A stretch of 60,012 nucleotides of DNA, filler included, from Dirinaria sp. TL-2023a (Eukaryota): the NCBI GenBank assembly GCA_051941275.1. It is 4 parts of 4 records of this genome, joined end to end, with 100 filler letters (N's around TTAATTAATTAA, not from the genome) between each part and the next. Parts side by side here need not be neighbours in the genome. Positions count along the whole stretch, not along the records: positions 30,127 to 45,032 come from JAVEBF010000572.1; positions 45,133 to 60,012 come from JAVEBF010000573.1; 2 more parts are not named here. One strand, written 5' to 3'. A program made the position numbers and the translations under genes. The number at the start of each line of letters is the position of its first letter. The first letter of the stretch is position 1. Shown in pieces: positions 37,446 to 50,706 of the stretch. Below the pieces are notes generated by a model. It was given only the letters and a program-made list of their open reading frames with translations, did not search any database and was not told where the DNA came from.

Positions 37446-38541
37446 TCATTTCTTCGGTTCTTCCTTTTTCTCTTCAGGTTTCGGTGTTGGTAATTTATAC
37501 TACCAAGTGCGCTACGATTAGCTTTACTCCCTAAAATGGGGGCACTGATACCTACTGATTCAGGCTTTCTGTCCTTTCCCGGTCCGACTTGTTCCCATGC
37601 AGCGGTCCCTCCCTGCGATAACAAGAACCGGTTAGCATGTAAGCAAAAAAGGGTGCGTTGTTCGCCGGCCTTGGGATTTAGGCGTATAAAGGACGCCAGA
37701 GGAGACTCCGAAGCTTGAAAACGGTATAATGTACCTCAAAATTCCGGAAAGCCTGTGTCAACTCGAGCGGCTCAACTACAATTCGCTTCTTCTCTTCGTC
37801 GTAACGGATCTCTGTGTACCCCGTCAAAGGGAAATCCTTCCTGAGCGGGTGCCCATCGAATCCGTAGTCGGTCATAATGCGTCTCAAATCTGGATGTCCT
37901 ACAAAGAAAACCCCGAACAGGTCGTAAACCTCCCTTTCATACCAGTTTGCGCCATCATAAAGCCCCGTTATGGATGGTACGGGGGTAGCTTCGTCGGCAT
38001 ACGTCTTCACTCGAATACGGCTGTTGTGCCGAACGGAAAGGAGATTGTAGACGATCTCGAAACGTGCGTCCCGTGTAGGATAATCAACGGCGGTGATGTC
38101 AGCGACCATGGTGTATTCAGCTGCAGTGTGGTATTTCAGAAAAGAGATGACAGGGAGAACGCCGGCGGGAGGGATGTAGATCGTGAGCTCGTCTTTCCAG
38201 ACGGAGAATTGCTGAATGTATTTGGGAAGGCAGGAGAGTAGGTATTGCCCGTAGTTGTGGAGGGATTGGGCCTTTTCGGTGTAGCGGTCCGTGGGGTTCT
38301 TGACGGGAGCATGTAGTTTCCCTCCAGCTTGATACGAGATCAGCATCTGGCGAAAGTGAAATTATCCTCAGAGGGACGTACGTGGTCGCTGAGCATGCCT
38401 TAAGTTTGGTGTATCGTCTTGAGAAGCTACCTCCTTCCTCCGTATTGACGTGCCGGCAAATTGGCGCGCTGTTGGAGGAATTGATGGCTTTGCTGCACTT
38501 CGAAGAGCGCGAGCTCCGGAGCCTATGGTGACTGTCCTCAT
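37446..38541 (-). CDS. NDUFS3: NADH:ubiquinone oxidoreductase 30 kDa subunit (NDUFS3/Nad9/NuoC)
   Basis: Exons 38541-38382, 38327-37735, 37612-37556, 37499-37446. Mitochondrial presequence; signature [42 protein letters not shown]. Confidence 0.97.
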
Positions 38542-38993
38542 CTTCGTGCACCTCAAGAACAATGACAGAGAATTCTATCCTGCCCAGCTGAAGCTGAAGA
38601 ATACGTACAGTACTGTACAGTATGTACCTTACTAGTGACTCTCGTACAGTAGGTACTCTTTAACTCTAAAGCAACATCATCGCCAAGCCCCGTTGCCAAG
38701 ACACGCTATCCATAAGAAGACTAGCGGATTCTTGCCCTATGGAAAGACGGGAATTTGGTAGCGTCTATTCATTTCTTCAACTCACTTCCCTCTACCCACC
38801 CTTACTTTACTCTTACTATTCATTCCTTGCAGTGCTCTCTACTTACAGCGCGCTATCCGAAACACTGTTTAATCATAAGACATCTTCTACTTAGACCACT
38901 CATGCTGAGTCCATTACCTCAGACCATCTCCCTGTCTGCCTGCGCTTCAGGTTCTTGCGCCCCTCGCCGCCTTCCCCTTCCAGTTCTTCCGCG

Positions 38994-41782
38994 ATGACTT
39001 CTCGCAACCACCAAGATGCCTTCATGGACGACTCCGACGATTCTTGGTAAGCCTTCCCGGTCGACTTGAGGCAAATTGCCAATAACGACCTCCCGTGCTA
39101 ACCCCGTGAAACATAGCCCCCTGTGTGTTGAAGAATTTGACCTCTCGGACAAGAATTTCAGACCATGTCCCTGCGGATATCAGGTGCGAACCTCTCTGCA
39201 GCTCCATAAGTCATCTTGACAAGCTCGTCCTGTATCCAAGGGTAATCAAATGGACGCTGCGTACTGACCGGAATCATGGCTAGGTCTGCCAGTTCTGTTA
39301 CAACAATATCAAGAACAACATGAATGGTCTCTGCCCCGCATGTCGAAGACCTTACGACGACAAGAATATCGAATGGAAGATCATAAGCCCTGAAGAGTAA
39401 GTCACCATATCATTTCAAGTGGTGATGAAAATGCTGAAGTCTTGCCAGGGCAAAAGCAGACCTTGCGGCGCAAGCCAAAAAGAAAGCCCTAGCTAGACAG
39501 AAAGAGACCGAGCGAAGACAGGTTGAAACATTGAACCGAAAACACCTTGCGGGTCTACGTGTGGTGCAAAAGAACCTTGTCTACGTTGTTGGTTTGAACC
39601 CAAAGAGCCGGGAGGACGACCTTTTGCAGACCCTGCGCGGTGATCAATATTTTGGCCAATACGGAAAGATCATCAAAATCGTTGTCAGCAAAGCCAAGGA
39701 GGGAGCACCTAGTAACTCGATAGGCGTTTATGTCACATTTGCACGGCAACAAGATGCAGCAAAATGCATTGCTGCAGTGGACGGCTCACAAAACGGCGAC
39801 CGGGTGTTGAGGTAAGCCACTATATATACCCTTGAAATGTGAACTGGCATTGCTCACTATGAGAACACAGGGCGCAAAATGGGACAACAAAATACTGTTC
39901 TGCATACCTCAGAGGCGAAATTTGCAACAGTCGAAATTGCACATTCTTGCATGAGACGAGCGAAGACCATGATAGCTTCAGTCGCGAAGATCTTTCGTCA
40001 ATGAATGCTCTTTCTACGCAACGATCAGCTCCATCATCATCCTCGGCCACATCAAGCGCACGGCCACAGCAAACCGCCCACCCACAATCTACTGCACCAA
40101 AAGCGCCTCAATCGGTATCGGCCACATCACAGTCCATGGCTCGCCAGGGTAGCCGAGACGAACCCATGAGTCGAAGTGACAGTGGAGACGGCTCTGCACT
40201 TCCGTCTTCTGCAAGCTGGGGTAAAAAGAATGTGCAAGTAGACAGTCGGGGATCGAGCAATCCGGCCAGCATCTCAGCGCCCAGTCCTGTGATTTCAATT
40301 GCCCAACGAACCACCAACTCCACGCCTTCAACCCAACCGCAGCCGGCCGAACAGCCGCCAACTGAACCGTCTAGGCCTGCTGACATATCAGAAGCTGCTA
40401 CAGACAAGGAAGCCCAACCAACGACCCACGCCATTTCTGTAGAAGATCCCACACCCTCATCTCGCGCTTTCGACAACGTGCTGAAAAAGTTTTTGAATTC
40501 GTCTTTCAAATCGACATTCGACCGGTCAATACATTCTGAGGAGACCTTGAGAGAAATTGATTCCTACCCATTACTATTCGATCCCAATGGAGGCTTGCTA
40601 CGTTACAGGATGGAGCAAGAGCAAGCTCGAAATCGAATCAAACAAGAGGAAGAACACAATGCAATTGGGCCATTGTCGGTCAGCGAAGAGGATGAGAATC
40701 CTGCTAGTGGAAGCTTACAACTCGGAGGGGAACCTGATACGCAAGAGGACACAAATCAAGCCAGTGGTCGTGGAAGTTCAGAGCCTCGGAGTGCAATCCA
40801 GCCACCTAGGTCCGGCTCTACACTCATCAGCAACTCACCCTTCGGCGGCTCAAACTTATTCAGAGACGCATCGAATCCTCTGCTGAGTGGAAGGAGTCTC
40901 ACCCCTCAGCAACAACAGCAACTCCAAATTCTTAGGTCGAGTAACAACCAGCAGAATGTTTTCGCATCCCAGCCGCAGCAAGGATACTCAGGCAACACGA
41001 GTATGCATCACCATCAACATTCCAACCCGTTTCAAAATCAGAACTTCGGCAATGGCCCCAGCCATACCCGACAAGCTTCACGTTTTGCATTTGCAGCCGA
41101 CTCCACCTCTAATGCTGCGACCATCAAGCCGACTGGTATTCCACAACAATCTGGAATGCTGCCATCCGGCCAAGCAAAGCAATTCCAGGGCCAGCCGTTT
41201 CAGCCATCGAATACACCTTTCTATAGCGGCGTGCAAGGTCCCCCTCCTGGTCTCAAGTCCAGTGGAACGCCGCCTGTCAGTGGAGGCGGAATGTTTGGTC
41301 AAGGCCATGGTTTTGCCAGCGCCATGGGTGGTAGTCTTGGTCTAGGAAACACTACTGGTGCAAGCAAAGACACTAACGAAGAATTAATGCGCGAGTTATT
41401 GCGTGGTCGTGGGAACGTCAACGGACAGAGCCATGATGGCGGAAAGCGTGAGTTCAAATTTCCTTCCAACCTACCCTCCGCGACCTCCAACACTGCCCCT
41501 GCCTCTAGCCTTCTCAATTCGCTTTACGGGTCGCAGCTTGGTACCTACAACGGGTACCAAGATCACAACCTTCAAAAGCAGAAGAAGAAGGGGAAGAAGC
41601 ACAGACATGCTAACACTTCCTCTTCTGGGGGAGGTGGTTTAGTCACTCTTGCGGACCCATCCATACTACGAGCTAGAATGCATCACGGTGGTGCAGGGCA
41701 GGGGCAATACGGTGTTCAAGGTCCAGGTGGGTACAATCCGAACAGCATGGTGTACGGCGGTGGCTACGGTAGCCGGTGGTGA
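38994..41782 (+). CDS. NOT4: CCR4-NOT E3 ligase Not4 (short isoform, 835 aa)
   Basis: Exons 38994-39046, 39117-39183, 39284-39396, 39449-39811, 39871-41782. C4C4 RING CPLCVEEFDLSDKNFRPCPCGYQVCQFC...CPACRRPY, RRM (LRVVQKNLVYVVGL, YFGQYGKI), C3H finger GTTKYC...C...CTFLHE. Confidence 0.95.
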
Positions 41783-42429
41783 TTGCAGCATTACCTTTCG
41801 CCATATGTTTTTATTCCTCTGCGTTCTGCTTTCTATGATTGCATCATTACCACGACGGCTTTGGTCTTCTTTAGCGGGCACGAGAAGAAAAGCAGATTGT
41901 GTCGGCAATGCAGCCCTATGAGGTATCTGCATGGATCTGCCAATGACACGAGCTGCCCTGGGCCATCTATGGGCACACGGGGTTTTCTTCTTTCATCATC
42001 ACGAACATATTCCACTTCTCTTGGCGCGCATCATAGGGATCAGGTTGGCTACGAGATACCACCTCATATCGTCGTCTCCGTCGTCGCCAGCGTCATGTAC
42101 GTAAATACCCCATACCCCTAACCGGAGCACCGGGTGGGCATAAAAAGATAATCTTCTTACCACGTTTCTGCTCAATAGATTCCTCCTGATGTCCAATGTG
42201 CCATGACGAGACGACGATAAGCCCAGTGACTGATGCCTTCCCTTGATATTATGATTTGAAATGGCTATTAGAGAGCTTGTAGTCTTCTACCTCCATTGAA
42301 GGACCATTCTTGTTGTTTCTATGCCCGCTTCGATCATTGAGCGATTGCTACTTCAGCCCATTTGCGTGTCATTCTGTCATTTTGGTTAACACTCGCAATC
42401 AAGCATCGACTAATAGTGATGATAAATAG

Positions 42430-44540
42430 GCTCTCAGCTGGATCGCCAGATTCCACCTGCGGCTCCAAATGCCGGCACGTTTACAAGCGGAGCTGTGCAG
42501 AAAGGGTCCGGCCCGAAGAATTTTGATAAGCCAGCATCAGGCCCCAGTGAACAGTCCGGGACACGCAAGCCGACGCCTCCTGGTTTACAGGATTTCCCTG
42601 CACTTCCTGCACCACAACCTAAACCGTCAGGCCCAACGCGGAAAATCACGACGACCCAGGTAGCGACGCCCGCTATCAAGCCAGCAGTGCCTGTTGTTCC
42701 GAGCCACTCCTCGATAGCGCCAATGCCTGCCAAAGGCACTCAATCTCAAGAAAACTCGAAACAGGCGACTGAGGCCGCCGCGACCTCAGTGAGTGATGCG
42801 GCAACTGCTGCATCCGAGCCCAAGGTAGAGGACACTTCTACAGGCAATCTTGTATTAGGCGAGCCATCTTCAAGTGCTCCCAAAAGTACCCGAGATGTTC
42901 ATGGCGCGGAGGTGGACACTCGTGAAACATCTGCTGCTGATGAAACCGTGAAAAGCAAGAAAGCGGGAAAGCCCAGTGAAAGGAAGCAACCTCCTAGCAA
43001 GCTCGACATCGCTGCAATAAAGAAGAAATCGAAAGATGATGGGAAATCAAAGTCCACATCGAACGATCTGAAGACTATCGAAACAGCCCTCCCTGCTGCT
43101 TCGAGTCCGTCTCAGCCCAGCACGCCCGCCAAAGCTGCTCCACAATCTGCAGTGTCCATCACAAACCGCGCACATCCCCAGAGTTCACGCGGAGCGCCAT
43201 CAACGCAAGTCGAGACGGTATCCAAGCCAGCAGTATCCTCGCCCGTTGCAACCGAACCTTCGTCCGCGGTCACAAGTAAGCCGCTATCTCGTCGTCCAAG
43301 TTTGGCATCCGTGCAAGCGCCGGGAACCCCTATCAGCGAGAGGATCTCCGACAATGCATCGCTGACTTCTACGTCACTGTCCCGGGCCAACTCCCCCCCG
43401 CCTAGTAAAGTCGGCACTGCACCTGTCAGACACGTCTCCAAATCCCAGCAAAAGAAAGAGAGACAAGCCCGCGCCAAACAGATCGAGGAGGCCACTAAGG
43501 CTGACGCTGCCCCTGAAAAGCCTATACCTGAAGAACCAGAGCAAGCTCCCATAGTCGGGCGGAAGAAGAAAACCAAGAAACCCCGCAGCACCGCCGATTC
43601 GACTCCGACAGCAACCCGCCCAACCTCACCGGAGCCGGTCATTGCTGAGGAAGTGATAGAAGAAGACCCGGAAACTGTACCCACCACACCCGTCAAGGCG
43701 CCTAGAGCAGACCCCAAACACTCAACCCCTATGCGCGAAACACCACAGGAGTCGGAGTCTCCAGCAACAGCAGAAATGCCCGCTCCCTCCACCGGCCCTG
43801 CCAAAACAACCATCACCGCTGCAACCATCCTGTCTGCTCTCCAGAAAGCCGGGGACATCCCTCCCACGACTATAGATCTCTTCAAAAGCGTGCCGGGCCT
43901 AAACTACCGCTTCGACATCGCTCCTACAGAGTACCCTGACTCGCCCAGCATCCCCCCTTTGACCAACACCCAATGCGCGGAACTCGACCGAGGCGGCGCC
44001 GTGGTCGCAGCGACGAGCCGAAATAAACACGTTGTCGTGCTGCCCAACCGCCTCACTGTGGGCGGCTTATCCAAAGAGCAAGCGCACCGCTACGTCGCTC
44101 TGCACAAGCAGCTCCTGCACACCCCGGAGGTGGCATTCTTCAACTCTGCCCGGCCTGCCAACAGCTTCAACTCCAACTCCACGCAACAGCAACAACAATC
44201 CCTCCCGCTTCACCCGCAGACCAGCAAACCCTCCCCGCTCTCCTCCCACGAAGAGCTAGGGAACCGTTTCGTCAGCGCAGCACCGAGTTCGGATCAACAG
44301 CAGCAGCAAGACCACCAGCAGCAGCAGCAGGCGGGCAGAGGAGGAGCGTATCATTGGTCCGGTCTGCTGACTGGGGTGTACGGCGCAGAAGATACGAGGG
44401 GTGGCCCGCAGCGGCCCATCACGACCGTTGAGGAGGCCGAGGCCGCTATGAATGCCAGTAGGAGGGAGACGGAAGGGTTGGAGAAGAAATTGAACGCGGT
44501 GCTGCGAAGGAATCGGAGGGTCGGGTTTGGGGTGCATTGA
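42430..44540 (+). CDS. NOT4: Long terminal exon, probably the C-terminal half of a long Not4 isoform
   Basis: Long ORF called from GTG 42495 rather than ATG. It is preceded by branch CTAAT (42410) and AG (42428-42429), in phase with Not4 donors at 41448 and 41727. Contains DFPALP and a terminal coiled coil. Confidence 0.75.
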
Positions 44541-45032
44541 GTGGTTTTTTATTTTATTTTTTTATTTTCTTTTCTGGGGAGTGTACTATTAGTATTAAGA
44601 GTGTTTGACTGCGGTTTGGATGGGAGGGGATAGCCTAAGGCTGATTGAAGCTCTAGCTCTAGCAGAGCTTTTGCGGGTTTTTTGTACATTAAAGTTTGGG
44701 AGCCCCCTCTCCACTCCCACCGGTTTTTTTTTTTTTTTTTCTAGCTGCATGTTTGAAATAGGCTTTATCAAACCAATCCATTCATTCTCCATCCATTCCC
44801 CCGTTTCTCTTTGAGCTAATGCTCTGCATACATAACCCTCCACACAAACAAGAAAAAAAGTAGTTTTTTTTTTCGAGCTACAGAAATTTAAATTCCACCC
44901 CCCTTTTTTTGGGTAACGGTATGGTAGCCTGGTATGTTATATCCATTGATAAATATCATATCATATCACTCCTCTCTCTATCCCTATCCTTACAACACCA
45001 CTCTCGCCACCCCCGCTCCCTTATCCCTACCC

Positions 45033-45132
45033 NNNNNNNNNNNNNNNNNNNNNNNNNNNNNNNNNNNNNNNNNNNNTTAATTAATTAANNNNNNNNNNNN
45101 NNNNNNNNNNNNNNNNNNNNNNNNNNNNNNNN
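45033..45132. other. Artificial contig spacer
   Basis: N44-TTAATTAATTAA-N44. Confidence 0.98.
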
Positions 45133-45661
45133 ATGAACATCTGTAGTCGTTCGGAGATCGTCTTCTCTGCCTCCTTCCTCTGCGCTTCTTTACCTGTACC
45201 CCCAAGTCCAAGCTTATCTGCAATGTTGGCCACGGCATCGCTGACATCCTTGCCCGTATTCTTTTGGAAATACGCAACAATGTACTCGGCCTGCCATGGC
45301 TGCCGCGCGTGTGGGTAAATATGTACGGGGCGGTATGCGGTATTGTCGAGGAGCCAAACACATTCGGCCGAGGGATCGAGGTGGGAAGCGATAGGGTTGC
45401 GGGAACCAAGGTAGGATGATACTAGGCGTCATTAGAGATCAATACCAAAGTGATTCAGCAAAATCAAAAAAAGAAGAAGAAGAAGAAAAAGGGCAAAGCG
45501 TAGACTGCTCTACCTTTATCAATGAAAGGGATAGAAAAGGCAGAACCCATGTCCTTAGGCAATGAAGACTCGATTGAGCCGAAACCTTCCGAGGAGCGAG
45601 AAGAACGCTCGACACCGGTTTCTTCGAGCAGCTGGCGGGCTTTATCTCGGAAGGCTTCCAT
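45133..45661 (-). CDS. APP1-like phosphatidate phosphatase family protein, N-terminal fragment
   Basis: Exon 45661-45514, intron 45513-45422, then SSYLGSRNP...VWLLDNTAYRP...WQAEYIVAYF...AVANIADKLGL...TISERLQMF running off the contig. VWLLDNTAY/WQAE is recalled from fungal App1-like proteins. Confidence 0.7.
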
Positions 45662-46398
45662 TTTTATAGCAGTGTTTGAAAAATGAGGAGCTGGGAAGGA
45701 GGTAGGAAATGAGGGTGGAGGGGTCACGATCCCTCTAGGCACGTGTGACTATGGTCAGGAGATTCACAGGCAACAAAGAGAGAGAGAGAGAGAGAGCGCG
45801 AGAAGGCATGAGAGGTGCAAGTAGAGCAAATATGATTCATTAATCACATAGACAGTACATGTTATGTACACGGGCATCAGGTCAAGCACAAGACCGAACC
45901 TTAGGAAGAGGATCAGGCGGGAGCGATCATGAACCGCCAAGTCGAGGCCTTGTTAGCAGAACACCGTGGCTGGCTAACACGGCTGATCATCGATAAAGTA
46001 TCTTCGGAATAACCGAAAGCGCGATGATACTGGCGAATACGAAGCAGTTGCGAAAAGACTGTACAGTAGTAGATACGAGATTCAATAATAATAAAGGTTG
46101 GATGGGTTTGCGGTGTTTGGACTACGACGATAAAGGAGAGCTGCATAAAGCGATGCATATGGACTGCATTGCATTATTGCATTAAGGCAGAGAACTCGGG
46201 ACATTTCATAAATTGGGTTAGTCAGCTATGCCTTCCCACTAGGCGCCTATCAAGTACCTTATGTATATAGTACGAGTACATACATACGTTACTTTATGCA
46301 CATGTCTAAAGTAAAGTACGGAGTACAGTAGGATAATCTCAATGCAAAGGGGGACAGTCAACGGCAGTGAATTTGGTGAGATCAAAGTCAATGTATTC

Positions 46399-49300
46399 TT
46401 AAGCAGGCTGTCGACGGCGCTTCATCCGACAGTATGCTTCCACCTCTTCGTTAGTCGGCCAACCTCCCCACTGCTCCGTCTGCTCAACTGTATCGCAGAT
46501 GCGGTCAATGATCTCCGTCGGGCAGGGTGTCGAGAAAGAGTCTTGCTGTGTTATGCCGTTCGGTCTCTCCATCTGGTCAGGTCTTTCCAGCGGCCCTTTT
46601 TCCGGCAAGCCCTCATTTTCTCTGGCGCGCGGACCGACAATAACCCAACTCTGCTCCAGGAACACTCTCGTGGCAACCAAGCACTTCCTTAACATCCGCT
46701 GCCCGTTTGAGGCTTCGTCGGCGACGGCTTGCAGCTCAGGTGCGAACCGTGACATCCACTCAACCAGCTCTTCCATGCCCTGGAAATCCTCTCGAAGACC
46801 CAAGACTCGGATGAAAGCGTGTAAGTTCGCGGGCACCGGCACTTCCAGAAGTCTCGGCAGGAGCTCGGCCGTCGCTGGGACGGGTTGGCCGCCCTCAGCG
46901 GCGTCTGCTGTATCGAGCCCCGGAAGGCCGGTGAACACAAGGCGCTTGAAGAGGTTCTTCGCGAAGACGTGACCGCTATTCAGCACTTCCAAAGCTACCG
47001 TATGAAGTGAATCACCGCCCTCTACACCGTTTGGTACGGCAATGCAGGTGGTAGCTGCGTAGATAGCTTTCTCCAAACCGACACAGACGATCTGGAATCC
47101 GGCAAAGTCGAGTTCGAGGCCAATCTCGCCCATCTGCCGCAACACGCTTCGAATCATGGCCCAGGATTGAATGTCTTGGGCAGCGTCTGACTGATGCGGA
47201 GCCAAGACCTTGCGATATCCCAAGTTGGCAGAGTCTCGTGGGAACCAATCATGACGGCTCAGGGAGCTCGGATCATCAAAATTACCATATGCTGTGGCCG
47301 AGACCCCAGATCGAGCAAGCGCTGACAAAGCGGATTTCCACGGAGGTCGATAGAAGGGTCTTCGAGTCAAAAGAAGTCTGAGGGCTTGGTGAAGCGGGTT
47401 AATAATTCGCTGGGAGTGAACCATGGCTTTGCCGCCAAGGTGAAACCGACGATAAATAACTGAAGGCAATTTCTCGTCCGACTGACGAGGAGCAAAACGC
47501 GTGAGAAAATGGATGAAGGCTGCAAAAGTATGGTCGGACATGTACCCGATGTCTTGAAGGATTGCAGGTCGATTCAATGACTCTTCGACAAGGAGTGCAT
47601 CGGCAACCCGAGCAGGGACAGCGCTCGCCCTAAGATATCTTACTCCAGATTTGAATGCCCTGGCGTGTTTAAGGAGGAAAGCGAGGAACCTGTCAGATGG
47701 ACGTATCCCGTCCTGGAGCATGAGATCGATGAATGCATCAAGTTCTAAAGGTGATGTTGGAACGTAGATTGCTTCTTGAGGACTTGGCTTTTCATACACT
47801 CGCGGACTGTCACCAGGAAGCACTGCCTCATTATTTCCTGCAAAAGATTCATCGGCTGACTGAGATCCACCCTTGGATACCAGTTTGAGCCTTTTTTGTT
47901 CGAAGACTAGTTTCTCGGACATAGCATAATATATGTCCTGGGTTTTGGGAGCGCTGTTATTCTTGAAAGCCAAGAAACAAGCCCACGCTTCATCAACCGT
48001 TCTTGTTGCTCGAATGCGAGCTGCCCAGATGCTTGTGCTCTCATTGTTCACCCGTGCTCCGATACCCACGCCCACACGCCGAGACATGAGAGGCTTTGAG
48101 AGTAATGCACGAGTCTGAACGGTGGGGCTCTCATCGGTATCCCATCCAGCTAGAATGCGTGCAGAGTCTTCCCATGTATCTCGAGCGTAACCTGCTTCTT
48201 CCATTTTGGAGATTACCTCGCCAGCACGGCTTATGCCGTATTCAGGACCTTTGTCTACATCCAGGCCATGCCTGTCTTCCTTCCAAGGAGGCCATGACTT
48301 AGCTTTCATTGCTGCCCAATCAGCTTCTTCCATGGTCTTCTTGTGTGCAAGCTGAACACGCGCTACTGCGCGATATCCTTCCCGATCGACAGCAACTGGA
48401 GGGTCAAACTCGCTCATGGTCTGGAGGAGATTAAATTGAGCCCTTTGCTGGTGGGTGATCGTCTGATACGGTCTTACTGAAGTCGGGTGAGACAGCAAAG
48501 ATAGCGCAGTGTTATAGAGGAACGTAAGTCTGGCACGTCCGTGGCCGCTGCTGATACCGAATTGCGTTTGATAGCTGCTACCTGACAGGTGCTTGCTGAA
48601 CAAGGCAGCGATAGAGATACAAGCTTCTGGAAAGACCTTCCTCGCAATGCGCAGAAGCCGGATGAAGGCAGTCATTACCTCTGTTGGTTGCGGAAGCGAT
48701 GCCTCTCGGATTCCGGATTTACCCCATCGCTCCCGTGGCCAGACGACGGCCTTTGCCGCATTTGCCGTCTGGGAGAACGCACTCCTTCCCCCAAAACGTA
48801 GCCATGCGTAGGACAACATAAGCTTCACACCAGCTGCGGTCCAATCTTGTCGCCGTAGAAGGAATAGGTACAAGAACACAGGGGTTCTCCTAGGCCGTAT
48901 CAGATCTGGACAGTTCGTGAGAGCCCAAAGTCTCGTCGCTGCAAGCTCTGCAGACTCGGCTTTTAGAATCCATGCCCATGACACAACATCTTGCACATCA
49001 TAACCTCGGCTACGCAGCATCGTCAAGCTTTCACTGTCAAAGATTTGTAATAGTTCATTTTTTTGGTGAACGAGTGCTTTTGATTCATCGTCTCCGTCGA
49101 ACGCTCGTTCTTCGCAGTGGTCGTGAAAGCGGACATATCGAGCTAGCAAGCTTTGCAACCCGTTCCTCGCATTTGTGCTTGGTGCGTTTTGTATAGCGCT
49201 TGACGTTGACCGGCTCCTGGTTCGGCCAAATTTGCTGACAACCATTGGGTCAAGATAAGAGAGATTTAGTTTGTTTTGGTACCGTTTGGGGGTCTCGTAG

Positions 49301-49924
49301 TGGTGTCCTACCAGGCCGAGGGCAGCTATCAGAATCTCTGACGGTGGAGTGGGGGGGCTTGTCCTGATCTCGGGCGTGGAGTGCGGTGACCGGGTCCTGA
49401 AGGCGCTGGGCCGACGATAACTTGAAGTCTCGGAGACTGAGGCTCGCTCTTTTCTACCTCTAGGTGCCCGTGAATGCAGGTCGCGTCTTATGTATCTCGG
49501 CTGCTTACAAGATAAGCCATCTTTTTGCTTCGACAACCGAAGTTTCTTGATCAATTGAAGATTGAAGGATGCGCCCCAGCGGGCTTCGCTGTGACCATGA
49601 CCCACACCATTATATTTATTGTTCGGTGCTCCTGCTAGGCTAGAGCCTTCCAAAATGCTATTCAACGAATTTGTTGCAGCTGAGAGCTTCGCAGCATTGG
49701 TATGGACTGATCGATGGTCCAACAACGCACTCCATAGAGAAGCGAGACATCTCTGGGAGGGAGATGTAGACGTAGACTAAGGCATGATCAAATCAGCAAA
49801 CGCAGCTTCTTTCATGTAGTGGATATACCTTGCTCCCCAGAGGCAGTTGAAGGTGCTCAATGCTTGCGCAGTTTGGGTACGGCAGCCTGAGTCGGAGAAG
49901 TCCAGGCTTTGACAAGCCTGACAT
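46399..49924 (-). CDS. Large conserved fungal protein, probably mitochondrial and alpha-helical (PPR-like)
   Basis: Long open frame 49776-46399 plus a plausible first exon 49924-49829 (MSGLSKPGLLRLRL, phase-0 intron). Motifs KSWPPWKEDRHGLD, LAGWDTDESPTVQTR, WAARIRATRTVDEAW. Function is inferred. Confidence 0.7.
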
Positions 49925-50706
49925 TCATTGCTCGGCTTGTAAGAGGACGCTTGTGCGATGTGGTGTTTGCTAAAAAAGAATGGCAAGTAAGGTACTCTAT
50001 GAGTCTGTATCTTAGCTCTCTCGCTCTGTATTCCAGGAGCTCAAAAGGTAAAGGTAAGAAAGGGTTCGTCTTGGCATATTACATAATGCGTCGGGTGATT
50101 GGTGGAACTGGCGGATGGTCCGTCTAGGCCCAAACAGGAAAGGCGCCCCCTTCTGCGAGAATGCGAATGCGTGCTTGGCCCTTATCGTTGGAGACCATTC
50201 CACCTGTCCACCCTTTTCTCCCAGTGGTTCAGTGAATCGAGAAAGGGCTCATTTCAGTCTGCAGAGTCTTGCCCGACTGATGTGGCAGTGGATGAAGCGA
50301 GTGCACAGTCGTGGTGGTTGAGAGAAGTCTGTAGTGGCTGTCTTGCTCTCCGCCCTTGCCCGCCTGCGCGTCGATCTTCAACCACCATGTTTTGAACCCT
50401 CAAGCCGGACACGAAAGGCAGGCTACAAATACCCAACAAGGGCATCATCAGTGGATTGCTGTTCAAAAAAGGGTATCGTAAGTATCTGGGAAGTAATTAC
50501 GACCCTTTCTCCTCAACTCCTCCCATGCCAGCGTGGTCGTTCCAAGGGGAAAAGAATCAGGCTGATGTCTGGCCGAAATAAAGTAAAAGTACATTAGCCC
50601 AAGTGCTTCGGGTTCGCGTTCGCGTCATACCTTGAAGCACCTCAGCACCTGCTGCCAACACCTTCATTCACTTCTGCCCTTTCGCTTTACCCGAGCCGCC
50701 GCTCTC

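Noticed and set aside
42190..42300. ATGACGA...CTGA box C/D-like pair in the NOT4 long intron
   Set aside because: No terminal stem or terminal box D, and no antisense rRNA guide recognisable.
43112..43885. 257-aa minus-strand ORF and similar antisense ORFs (e.g. 55515-56159, 37729-38241)
   Set aside because: They overlap well-supported genes on the opposite strand and show no independent features.
14966..45132. TTAATTAATTAA palindromes recurring at ~15-kb spacing, and gene neighbourhoods across them
   Set aside because: They are artificial six-frame-stop linkers between length-sorted contigs. Adjacency across them has no biological meaning.
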